DNA from: Phoronis australis | Taxonomy: Eukaryota > Animalia > Phoronida | DNA length: 36,677 bases | Direction: 5' to 3' | Assembly (NCBI GenBank): GCA_002633005.1 | Contig: NMRA01000092.1 | Coordinates: forward strand, 483,940 to 520,616 | Shown here: positions 1-10,520 of the stretch, piece after piece | Layout: every line of letters starts with the position of its first letter | Position numbering within the stretch: position 1 is the stretch's first letter | Notes under the pieces: generated by a model | What the model saw: only the letters and a program-made list of their open reading frames with translations | Told to the model about the DNA's origin: nothing | Database searches by the model: none | Program-made: the position numbers and the translations under genes

Positions 1-100
1 ATAATAAGCGCTCACTGATCTATTAAAAGTACCCCCTTAAATTTTGAGAATTTCCAATTAAGCGCCCACAGTTCAAGCTAGCGCCCATCATAGCGCACTA
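1..100. mobile_element. fragment of a non-autonomous DNA transposon with AAGCGCCCA subterminal repeats
   Basis: Clustered (A/T)AGCGC(C/T)CA motifs. The same motif cluster recurs at 28325-28479. Confidence 0.4.
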
Positions 101-649
101 CAAACGACCGCGTGTGGTTTAAAATTGACACGCAGTTTATATGGTGTGTCACTTTCATTTTACACAACTTCAGTTTTCAAAAACGTCTTTTCACAATATG
201 TAAAAACCAAATCCCGGCTTTGTTTTATACCTCGGAAAGAAAGTTAACACTAGTGAAATGCATGTCGTTTTGTGACTGACCTACTTTTTCCGTACTTGGA
301 AGGTATTGAAGAATAAACTCGCCATTACCCGAGTTACATGTGGTTTGAATCTTTAATGACTTTGATGACAGCCAGTAGCAGACCAGATCTAACATAATCC
401 CGGATACTTTTTCAACGGGCATTTTCTCCCTTTTCACATCGCAAATTTAGCTACTCGAATGCACAAGTCAGGAGAGCACTGATTCAACTTTCACGTCGGC
501 AACTTGCCTTGCGCTCTAGAGTCTTTCAATGGCGGTCGTGAAGAACAGTAAGGCCGTACCTGCATGAATGAAGTCAATTTTGAGATCCGAAATTTGAGAG
601 TATTTAACGCTGCAGGTAAGAGCATAATCTAAACATGGTGATCTAAAAA

Positions 650-788
650 CCTATTTTGGCGCGTAAAAATGGCGGGAAAATTTTGCGACCTGGCATTTAC
701 GAATGCGAGCTGGATTTTGAAAATGCGACCTGAGATTTTGGCTAGGTCGCAAAATGCGAACTGGCGATTTTAATAGCGTCGTGCCCTG
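650..788. mobile_element. right end of a hAT-like non-autonomous element
   Basis: Repeated TGCGACC/GGTCGCA-like subterminal motifs end in ...GTGCCCTG (a CAGGGC-type terminus). Related motifs occur at 21177-22067. Confidence 0.5.
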
Positions 789-929
789 AAAGATAACGTT
801 GCAAGGAATCGAACGATACCAAAATCATTTGTGCAAGTCAATGTCGTCACATTGTAAACAATTACCCCAGTTGATCTGTTGAAAATTTGCAAATCAAATT
901 ATTTCAATGTATTCAACTAAGTAACTGAC

Positions 930-1150
930 CGCCAACGGCAACGGCGAATATCCAAACAGACGAACTTCGAAGCAGAAGAAGGCTTGGAGTTTGGGGAAGG
1001 CGGTGGGTTGAAATCACGGCAAGTCTTAAACAGGTGTTTGCTGTACTAGATCGACACAGACGATGAAGAAGAAGAAGAGACCTTATCACAAAGCAGACAA
1101 GGAAACTGTAATGTTGTGACACACGAGCATCAAAGCTACACGTAAGCCGA
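930..1150 (-). other. candidate non-coding first exon of a divergently transcribed gene
   Basis: CpG-containing segment, pyrimidine-rich on the - strand, directly downstream of the CRE/ETS site and ending in a good donor TGGCG|GTCAGT (GT at 929-928). No ATG-initiated frame runs to the donor. The 5' end is approximate. Confidence 0.4.
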
Positions 1151-1459
1151 AAATCTGTCAACTTAACGAGAACAGGTGGTGACGTCACCGGAAATAATAT
1201 GTATAGCTGTTATTTATACATTAATTTCGAACTAGATTTATTAAAATGATATTTTTTGGAAACTAGACTTTGAAACCACAATATCTAACATTTTTAATCC
1301 AATATATTACCATTTTTACTTCGATAGTCAAAATTTCTAAATTCAGTGATTACGGAAGTACTCAACTATTTTTTGAACTATTATTTAACGTAACCCGCCA
1401 TATTTGTTTTTGCAGAGCGGACGATATTTTGGTCGAAACCCTTTTGATGAACGCTTAGG
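1150..1459. promoter_or_regulatory. probable (bidirectional) promoter and 5'UTR region of the sarcoglycan gene
   Basis: Perfect CRE palindrome GGTGACGTCACC at 1178-1189 overlaps ETS-type CCGGAAAT at 1188-1195. An AT-rich spacer spans about 1195-1390, and YY1-type CCGCCATATT lies at 1395-1404 just before the ATG. CpG is locally retained. Confidence 0.55.
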
Positions 1460-1502
1460 ATGACAAAAATTGAATGGGCCATTTTCTTCAATACTTTTAC
1501 GT
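1460..1502 (+). CDS. SGCE: alpha/epsilon-sarcoglycan exon 1 (start codon, N-terminal half of signal peptide MTKIEWAIFFNTFT)
   Basis: ATG at 1460, 14 codons + 1 nt, then a perfect GTAAGT donor at 1503. The phase-1 join to exon 2 gives the signal-peptide-like MTKIEWAIFFNTFTCFLWPCVTS. Alpha versus epsilon cannot be resolved, so the symbol denotes the family. Confidence 0.8.
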
Positions 1503-1762
1503 GTAAGTTATGTGGGTCAATTCAACGAGAGCTTTGCAGTACTGTAGTTTTCAGATTTTTTCAGTTGTTGATTAGGTCTGGCTAATTAATTTCAACCTGT
1601 CTGAATCGTGAACTGTGATAAGACTGATAAGGCATCAGAGTCAAGCAGACAGTTCACTTACTTGACTATGACAATAGTTCAGCCAGCAATAGTCATTGAA
1701 CTATAATGATACTGACGGAGTCGTGGAGTCAGTGATAATGATTGGGCCTTTGTGCAGACAGT

Positions 1763-2554
1763 GCTCTAGCCAGCTGAGCTAGCTATATGAAGACTGTCGT
1801 CAAAATACAGCTAGGTACCACGGTGTGTATTTCTTCCGTTGACCCCGAAACTGCACAAAGCCAGAGTACTTCTGCTCGTCACCTTGCCGTGAAACTTGTA
1901 TCAACATGTGGAGCTAAAGACCGGACGGGGTGCATGCGAAATCTGGGAATCAACCGACAATCACCTCACCTTGCCTGTTACAGCTGTTTAAGTGAAAAAC
2001 AATGCAATAAACGTCATTTTCTTGCGTAACTCTCCACCTTTTCTAATATAGAAAATATGTCGTCGTTTTGAAAACAATACGCTCGTGTCACGCCCCCCCC
2101 GCCACTTCCTAAATTTTTGCGACATCTCTCGGAAGACGATGATAGCTTGGCGACAGCAAAATTTCTTTTGAAATTCTGTTTTTCTGTATCAAAATTCTAA
2201 AAGCTTATAATGAAGTGAATCCAGTTCCGATAATTTGTTGTGACGTGTACGCAACATCGTCAAAGAACAGCAGTTGATTGAAGAATCGGCGAAAACGCAA
2301 CATCGTCAAAGAACAGCAGTTGATTGAAGAATCGGCGAAAAAAGAAACTGGCCAATAGGTGACGTAATATTTCATGGCGCCGTAAGCCGTCGCTAAAGAT
2401 CGCTCCACAACTTCAGCAGCAGAATAACGGTAGAACGCCATTTTTTCCAACACAGTTAAATAGTTTAGTTTACTCAAGGAAGACTAGTTTTTAATGACAC
2501 TAATTTTATGTCAGATTTTATCTTACCACTTTTTTACCCACATCGGTACAAAGC
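1763..2554 (-). repeat. left arm of a long inverted duplication in intron 1
   Basis: Reverse complement of about 3477-4186 along its length, e.g. tatgaagactgtcgtcaaaatacagctaggtaccac versus gtggtacctagctgtattttgatgatagtcttcata. Confidence 0.92.
2249..2340. repeat. perfect 46-bp tandem duplication (2 copies)
   Basis: acgcaacatcgtcaaagaacagcagttgattgaagaatcggcgaaa at 2249-2294 and 2295-2340. The right arm has only one copy. Confidence 0.95.
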
Positions 2555-2778
2555 TGTATATTTATTATACAACTTAGTACTAAGGTTAACAGTGCTCCTG
2601 AGTCCTGGTGTAGAAGTCTAATACAGGCAAGTAATATTAATAACTGTTATTCAGTTGGTTTCCAACTGTCATTTTGAAGAGAGACTGGTTATTCAACTTT
2701 TGCTGTGCTATCCTATAAGTTGTGTGTAAACCATCAGACCATGGCCCTTGGGTAGCATGGGCAAGACTGGTCATAGAG

Positions 2779-3459
2779 CAGTGGCGGATCTAGGATATCA
2801 CAAGGGGGGGGGCCCAACATTTTGCCCGGCTGTAAGCATTTGCGCAAACTGAACCACGATTGTAGATGCGCATAGCACCGAATGGGGGGAGGAAATTTTT
2901 CTGTTTTTACCTCTAAAAATCAAGCATTTTCCTTGATTCCTGAAGTCTATTATTCAAGAAAAAAAACAAAAAAAAAANNNNNNNNNNNNNNNNNNNNNNN
3001 NNNNNNNNNNNNNNNNNNNNNNNNNNNNNNNNNNNNNNNNNNNNNNNNNNNNNNNNNNNNNNNNNNNNNNNNNNNNNNNNNNNNNNNNNNNNNNNNNNNN
3101 NNNNNNNNNNNNNNNNNNNNNNNNNNNNNNNNNNNNNNNNNNNNNNNNNNNNNNNNNNNNNNNNNNNNNNNNNNNNNNNNNNNNNNNNNNNNNNNNNNNN
3201 NNNNNNNNNNNNNNNNNNNNNNNNNNNNNNNNNNNNNNNNNNNNNNNNNNNNNNNNNNNNNNNNNNNNNNNNNNNNNNNNNNNNNNNNNNNNNNNNNNNN
3301 NNNNNNNCATTTAAATCTTTTTTCATCCGTATAACTTTAATTACCGGGGTTAATTAATAAACTCACCATTTCCCTACGCTCTTACTGTTTTATTTTTTTT
3401 GCGGCAGCCAAGGGGGGGGGGGCCGGGCCCCCTGGGCCCCCCCCCTAAATCCGCCTATG
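2779..3459. mobile_element. MITE with CAGTGGCGGATCTAGG / CCTAAATCCGCCTATG termini, spanning the assembly gap
   Basis: Imperfect 16-bp TIRs, G/C-run subterminal blocks, and TAGAG on both flanks (2774-2778 and 3460-3464). Confidence 0.7.
2978..3307. other. assembly gap (330 N)
   Basis: Run of n following an A-rich tract. Confidence 1.
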
Positions 3460-3476
3460 TAGAGAGAGGGTAGCCT

Positions 3477-4186
3477 AGCTTTGGTGCAAAGCTGATGTGG
3501 GTAAAAACTGAACAAATAAAATACGACACAAAATTAGTGTCATCAAATACTGTGCACTTATATGAGTGAATAAAATTATTTCTTGCTGCTAAAGTTGTGG
3601 AGCGATCTACGTTGGCTTTCGGTGCCATGAAATATTGCGTCACCTATTGGCCAGGTTTTTTTTTCGCTGATTCTTCAATAAACTGTTGTTCTTTCATGAG
3701 GTTTCGTACATGTCACAACAAATAATCTGAACTGATTTCACTTTATTATAAGTTTTTAGAATTTTGATGCTAGCAAACCGAATTTCAGAAGAAATTTTGC
3801 TGCTACCAAGCTATCATCATCTCCCGAGAGATGTCGCAAAACTTTACGAAATGGCGCGTGCACGTGTCACGAGCGTACTGTTTTCTAAAAGACGACAACT
3901 TCTTTGTTAGAAAAGGCAGAGGATTTTGCAAGAAAATGATGTTTATTAGATTGTTTTTCTCTGAAACGGCTGTAACAGGCAAGGTAAGTGTTGGTTGATT
4001 CCCAGATTTTGCATGCACCCTCTCCGGTCTTTAGCTTTACATGTTGACACAAGTTTCACTGCAAGGTGACGAGCAGAACTACCCTGACTGTGCAATTTCA
4101 GGGTCTATGGAAGATTAACACACAGTGGTACCTAGCTGTATTTTGATGATAGTCTTCATACAGCTAGCTGGCTGGCTAAGGGTAGC
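3477..4186 (+). repeat. right arm of the long inverted duplication
   Basis: Reverse complement of 1763-2554, roughly 80-90% identical by eye in the sampled blocks. Confidence 0.92.
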
Positions 4187-4216
4187 GTTGGTACAGGGTA
4201 ACTATAAATAGCATAT

Positions 4217-4400
4217 AGCTTTGCACCAGTGTGGATAAAAAAATAGGCAAATAAAAAAATAGGCAAGTAAAATTTGATTCAAAATTAGTATCATTAAAAT
4301 CTACTCTAAATTAGTCTGGGTTAAAGAATTGACTTTCTACTGTTATTCTGCTGCTTACAGATATGGTTGTGATCTTATGCATTAGATTCACCTATTGGCG
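4217..4400 (+). repeat. third, partial and more degraded copy of the same repeat, head-to-tail with the right arm
   Basis: agctttgcaccagtgtggataaaa, aaaattagtatcattaaaa, ttctactgttattctgctgct and tcacctattgg match the start of the unit. Confidence 0.7.
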
Positions 4401-5336
4401 CATTGGTTCCTCTTCCCCAATAGAAATTGCATGCCATTACAGTCATCGACTGTTTGAAAATTACCAGACCAGTTGTAATGTTTTTCTGAAGTGGTTACAC
4501 GAAATTCGAAGTAATATGCCATACTTACGTACTTCAAACTGAAAGAGAGGTAGTTAACAGTGGAGTGATTTGCTGCAGAAATAATCAATTCAGTTATCTT
4601 AGTTCCTCAGTATTATGGTAATTTTTCACTAATTTAGCTTTCCATATGGCCGGCTAGTGAAATTATATTTTGCTAAAATGAAATAAGTAGTATGGATGCT
4701 ACTTGCACTGGGGTAACTTGACCACCGTGTGACAACTTACCCCACTTGTCTTATCGTGGTAGGGTAACTTTTCCCTGTGCAAGTTGTGTGGACATAAACC
4801 TGCAGGCAAAATGAAAGTAATTACTGTCTGTGCACTTGCTCTGTCATACACGTAGGGTTGCCTTACCATTTTTGCATATTTGTCACAACTTGTAGGGTGT
4901 GTGGTGTGGATGCTCAGATGAACGAGGGAAGTTGTTCTAGACCATTGTTTTAGACTTACGTTAACTCCTGAGAACATCATGTAGTAGTCATTTTGGTAGA
5001 AACCAATTATCCTGTCTACTTAAATTGTGCACAGTGGTGTATGGCTTGCTGACTGGGTGTGTGTAATCAACCACGGATAATGAGGTGTGCTAAAAATTAC
5101 CAGTGAAGAGCACTGAATGGTTCAGCTAACCTTAAAGAAATTAGCCCTTTACACAGTGTGAGACTCACTTAAAGTTTTGATTTAGAAAATATGCACTCTA
5201 CTTTCATGCCTCGTCTAGGTTTGATTACTGTTCTCAGATTTCTCACTTGGCAACTATATAGTACCATAGTAATATTTAAAAGTATGCATGTCTTCCTAAA
5301 ACCGCTTTAAGTTGGTGATATCAGATGTAGTAACGC

Positions 5337-5529
5337 CATTGCTAAAATTTGTTGGTCTATTTACACTAGCCTCTAGCCTACTTACATTCATATGGTTGGT
5401 TGTTGTGGTCGGTCATTTCTCTGACCATCTGTAATACCAGAAGATGGCCTGAGAAACGACCGACTGAAACAGTAACTAAAATAGCCTAGAGGCTAGTGTA
5501 TATAGACCCAACTGCATTTAGAAATGATG
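5337..5529. mobile_element. fold-back (palindromic) MITE
   Basis: ggtctatttacactagcctctag (5354) pairs with ctagaggctagtgtatatagacc (ending 5508). The inner gtcggtcatttctctgaccatct pairs with agatggcctgagaaacgaccgac. Confidence 0.8.
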
Positions 5530-5629
5530 AAATAATATATGGATAACTAAATGTTTTTGAATTTTTTTTGAGTAAATTTTGGTTACAGTTGTTATTTGTA
5601 TTGATAAATGTATGTATCTCTCCGTTTAG

Positions 5630-5731
5630 GCTTTCTCTGGCCATGTGTTACGTCATATACGTCCCAGGCACTGACTGGACATAGCTTTGTTTATACTCTT
5701 CCTAGAAGCGACTTTGACACAACAGCCGATG
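5630..5731 (+). CDS. SGCE: alpha/epsilon-sarcoglycan exon 2 ((C)FLWPCVTSYTSQALTGHSFVYTLPRSDFDTTAD)
   Basis: Acceptor tctccgtttag, donor GTGAGT, 102 nt, phase 1-1. GHSFVYTLPRSDF resembles the vertebrate GRVFVHTL / GVLFVHVLEREYF motif (recalled). Confidence 0.88.
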
Positions 5732-6336
5732 GTGAGTGGCAGAGAACGAATTAAAGCGACTATAAACACGCCACCTGTTGGCAATTAAGTTTGGAGTAGA
5801 CCACTTGCCGCTATAAATCTGGTGCTAATTTCTTGGATTTGTGATGAATCCTGAACATGACCTGAAGTTTATGATCTCCGTTTGATGAAATGATGAACCA
5901 ATGGTTCATTCTGAGACCTGAGCCCGCTCCTTAACTTAAGTAAGGAACGAGATAATACCAATTTAACCGTAAGTGATCTAAATCAAAGCTCGTTTTTGAC
6001 AGAAGCGCAGTTTGCAATTTGACACTTGTCAGTTACTTAGATGTGGAAGATCAGGTTCTGTCATGTACCTAAAGCTTGGGCTGATGGCCTGACTCATACT
6101 TTTATTGCTGTTCTTGAATTGTGAGCTTCTCTTTAAACGTAGGCTTGTTCTGAAAGAGCTATAGACCATACTCTCAATTATTTATCCACAATGCAATGTG
6201 TGGAGCACTTTTCCTGCTTCTTCACGTGTACCACATATCTCGTATATTTATTATTATGTAATTGATTGTTGTAATGCAGGGAAACTTAACATTATTATTG
6301 CCATTACATACAATGAATTTTCTTTGATGAAACGAG

Positions 6337-6891
6337 AATAGGGCCGTCCAAGATTACACTGCAATAGAACTTTACTTTGCTCGGACGTAAGAAAGCGCAT
6401 TGTTTTCATTGACCTATTTTTGGAATGTCAGGCACATTTTCACAGATTGTTTCAGAATCCGTCCAGGTGTATGGCCTCGGAAATATTCCTGATTTCAATT
6501 GTTTAAAAGCACTGGAATTGAAAGATATCTTCAAGAAATGGGATTATGTTGCTTTCAAAATTAAGCCCACGAATTTCCTTTGTCGTCACGTTCTACATTT
6601 TCTTGTCTTTGGTTGTTGTCAAGAAAGCAAAGATCATACATCTTGCATCCACATTTATTTGTCAAGTTCATCCAACCTTTATCCTTCGGAGTTGCAGTCC
6701 ACAACAAAGTAGTAATTATAGTTCACTGGCATTGTACATACCAATAAAGTAATGCAGCTGAGTAAAACGGCAACATCAAATAACATGTGGAACTTCAATG
6801 ATGCGATACATAAGTGCCTGACGAATATTGCGGCATTGAAGGTAAATACTGCAAGATTCAACTGTCGTTGGTAGTCCGGATCGGCCCTATT
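6337..6891. mobile_element. MITE with AATAGGGCCG...CGGCCCTATT termini (possibly PIF/Harbinger-type)
   Basis: Perfect 10-bp terminal inverted match that extends imperfectly for about 30 bp. No transposase is present. Confidence 0.65.
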
Positions 6892-7273
6892 GGGGGAGGT
6901 CTGTCTTCCCGTGTTGTTTTGTGTGGTTTATTTATGCACAGCTTGTGAGAGCTTTACATTTGATTTTACTCAAGTTCAACTTGCACAGCATCACAGGCTT
7001 TATACACAGTAAGTATTTGAAGCAAATCTTGACATATTGTCCATGTTTGTAAGTGATGCCCTATTTAAACTTGGATTGATCCATTGCACATAAAATGTCC
7101 GGCTTTTTTGTTGAAGAGTGAAAATAATTGACTCACTCAGGAAGATCTGGTTGAGTCATTATTGATGTACCACAAATGTTGCCCAAATTTTAACAACCAA
7201 GTTGATGATTGAATTTTGCAGTTATTGGTTACCAAGATCTTGTTATTAACCAGCCTTGCAAATATCATTTCAG

Positions 7274-7413
7274 CCAGTGACCCGATCACACTGTCAGTTT
7301 CACTGACTGGCCTTCCTGATCTACCTTCCTGGATGAGGTTTGTGCAAGCCGATATGTATGAAGATGGCTATCTATATGGAACACCCTCTGAGCCTGTAGA
7401 TGAACACCTCCAG
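7274..7413 (+). CDS. SGCE: alpha/epsilon-sarcoglycan exon 3, cadherin-like domain core ((A)SDPITLSVSLTGLPDLPSWMRFVQADMYEDGYLYGTPSEPVDEHLQ)
   Basis: Acceptor atttcag, donor CAG|GTAACC, 140 nt, phase 1-0. Matches the family signature DPIT...L.G.PD.P.W.R..Q....DG.LYG.P. Confidence 0.95.
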
Positions 7414-8145
7414 GTAACCGTGGGAAATGTGAGGTGTTAAGTTCTCACGATAAATGCACTCATTGTTTTGTTCTTTCTAGAAGATAAACAAAAAAACTCC
7501 CTTAGTTTCTATTGCCTGTGTCTTAAGGGTATACTACTTGTTTAATTCATCAAAAATTCTATAGATCTAAAAAATAGCTCTTTCAAACGCTCATGATGGG
7601 TTGACGACATTTTTATGATTACTTGAAGACATTTTTAGTACTGTTTAGTTGTTTCTTATTTAAATCTAATGGCAGTACTTTGCATTGTCCTAACTGGTAA
7701 GATTAATTCAAGTGGATTTCTGTAACAAATAAATTATTAGTTTTGAAAATGTCAGCTGGTCTGATTATGCTGCGTTGGCTCAAATTTTCACTCTGATGAC
7801 TGGGCTCATTGGTCATCAGAAGCATGCCAATTTTCAGTTCTACACTTGGTACAAAACAATTTGCCATTTGAGTTGAGGTATGATGTCAAGAACAGGTATC
7901 TGCAATACAGTAACAATACAGCCAATCAGACATTCATTGCTTTAGACATTTTATTAATTCTGTTTTGATAGAAATTGATTAAAAGCTTTAAAATGAATTT
8001 CTCTCATGGAAAACGGTGCTCAGCGCTGCCATTCTTGTTAAAATTTTTCAAAGAAAATTATGTTGTAGGTTCAGTCGCATAATTGACCAGAAACATCCTC
8101 CAAGAAGGTTACATTTTCGTATAAACAATAAAGATGTGTGCTACC

Positions 8146-8175
8146 TTATTCAATGTTATTCAATGTTATTCAATG
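8146..8175. repeat. (TTATTCAATG)x3 tandem repeat
   Basis: Read directly from the sequence. Confidence 0.9.
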
Positions 8176-9084
8176 TTTTTGAGCTTACCTTATTCAAGGT
8201 TCCACACTAAGTTTGCATAACTTTTCTGTTAACATGGCACACATATGTGTTATAGTACACTTCTGTGCACCACACGAGCCACGTCGCCATGTGCTAACTG
8301 GGACTGGGCTCTAAGCTTTCCACTCTTAATTTATTTTTACCATTTCGTATTGTACTTTTGTGTGAACTAAAGGTAGGTTTCTAGTACTATGTTCTTTAGT
8401 ACTTAATGACTTACTTGGATAACTATCTAATCGTATTTTGCACTTGTTGACCACAGCACTGGAACTAAATGTTCCAAGTTTGAACTCGTAAAGTTTTGTG
8501 TTTTTACTCAAAATCTTGAGTTTGTAGATCAAATCTAGGAGTTATCATGTGCGAGTACTGAGTAGAAAAGTACAGAAAGTGACAGAAGACAGTCAGCTTG
8601 AACTATAATGTAACTACCATGTATTCTTATTCAAGCTTGGATAGTATTGCTTGACAAGAGGGAGGGGTTTCCAAGCTTGGAATTTAATAATGAAAACGGG
8701 TGACTGGTTGGATAAGTTAATTCGAGATTCTTTGATAATCCTTACACCCATGTGAGTTAATGTTATTCAAGGTAAGTGAACAAAGCTCAGTAATTGAACT
8801 AGGAAATTCACGCTTGGAGAAAAATATATAAGGTTAGTCTCTATTGACTTGACCAAGCTTGGTCAAAATTGTCTGAGTATCTATAGCCAATTTTGCTTCT
8901 GCTATTTGGCTGTTTTGCTTTTTTGATATTTGCTGACTCCGTTAGCTAGTTTTATGTGGTGAGGTATAGATAGTAGGACGGTTCTTGATGTGAATATTGG
9001 CTGGACATTACACCACCTATAGTTACCAATGCAAGTTTTTTACTTTTTCTATGAAACTAGTGACTACGAGTGTATCTTTTGCAG

Positions 9085-9157
9085 GTAGTTGCCTTAAATA
9101 AGAAGACATACAAATCAACGACGGGCAATGTCACCATACAAGTTTCCAAGTCAACAG
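9085..9157 (+). CDS. SGCE: alpha/epsilon-sarcoglycan exon 4 (VVALNKKTYKSTTGNVTIQVSKST)
   Basis: Acceptor tcttttgcag, donor CAG|GTATAA, 73 nt, phase 0-1. Resembles vertebrate [20 protein letters not shown] (recalled). Confidence 0.92.
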
Positions 9158-9279
9158 GTATAAAAAGCAGCATCAAAGCGTGCTTAAGGTTATGTATTAC
9201 TGTTTGGACAAGTCGTTGTATTTAGCCAATTCTGCAAAATTATATATTTTCCAAAGTATATAGAGTTTGATCTTCCTCT

Positions 9280-9706
9280 TATTAGGTTACGCGACCTTGG
9301 TTTTTTAGGAAAATGTAGCAAAAAAGGAAGGCATATTCATAGCAACGCAGCAGTATCAATGACATGGCCAAATTTCGTACAATATAAACGTTTAAGATAA
9401 AATCTCCAAGCCGCTGTTACAATTTTCTGAATTATCAATACATATGGTTTTGTTTTATTCATTTTTAAAAATTTTCGTAGAAAATCACACCAGTCGTATC
9501 TTTGATAACTCCTCATGAAAAAGTAAAGCATTTTAAAAACAATCCCTTTAAGGAATTGTAAAGAGGAATTGTAAAGCTTTTTCTAGAACAGTGTATAAAG
9601 GACAGTATCTGAAAGTTTCATGTGCGTCCGATCAGACATTTCTGAGATATGGTGTTCCGAATTTGGCCAATAAATTGGAATTTTTCTGAGGTCCTATCAA
9701 CCTTAA
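9280..9706. mobile_element. degraded TTAA-flanked (Kolobok-like) non-autonomous element
   Basis: The right end aggtcctatcaaccTTAA matches ttaggttacgcgacct imperfectly. The left boundary is uncertain, with an alternative TTAAGGTT at about 9185. Confidence 0.3.
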
Positions 9707-9810
9707 AAAATTGCTCAACTATATGTTAAAATGTGTGTGGCACGGATATGCTTATGGATGCATGTAGTAATTAAGTGAACTAATTAGATGAAGTGTTGTA
9801 TTGTAAGATT

Positions 9811-10520
9811 CAGGGTTCTCCACAGGCTTTGATATCAGGGTGCTGCACCCTTTTAGTTTCATGTATGGACTGTGCACCCTGACTGAATTCCCCCACTCTC
9901 TTTACCCTCATCTTTTAATTGGTTTAGCCAGCACACGTTTACCCTCCCTCTTTATGGCCTTCTCAAATTTTGTTCAGACGTTCAGTGTTTACAATAACTG
10001 AACTTCTTTTAAATTCACTCAGTTTTGTCTTACAGATGTACTTTCTCCTTAAATATTCCTTGTCCCTGGAGTACAGACAAGTTCATTTGAGGCGCATGGG
10101 TGATGTAGCGCAGGAATTGATACTTACTGTGATAAAAGTAGTGAGAGATAACCCTCTTATCCTATAATGCACAACTGGCACTGAGTGCTCAATGTATCTT
10201 GTCTGGTAGAAGAGGTCAAGGGGTCAGAATCACTCAGATACAACTAACAAAATCTTAACTGCTTGAATGAAAATACATTGTTTGGTATTGGCAGTTGAAG
10301 AAAACTTCTTTTCTCTTCTTTACTCTGTTTTTTGTTATGCATAGTTTGAAAATTCCTGCAATTTTTTTCTAAATTTCAGGAAACAAGCTCTAAATGTCAA
10401 AAAATTCTTGGGAAGCGGCATTAATAGTAGACAAGCCTTTAGATAGCCAATGGTCATTTGCGCCTGTGCCAAGTGCTGTCCAGCATGTTTCTGCCCTCTT
10501 TTAAGTAGTGGAGAATCCCG
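9811..10520. mobile_element. degraded hAT-like MITE
   Basis: CAGGGTTCTCCAC at 9811 and GTGGAGAATCCCG at 10508-10520 form an imperfect TIR pair, with GCACCC subterminal motifs. No target-site duplication is recognisable. Confidence 0.45.

Noticed and set aside
2882-3334. Three long ORFs in the track
   Set aside because: They are read-through of the N gap.
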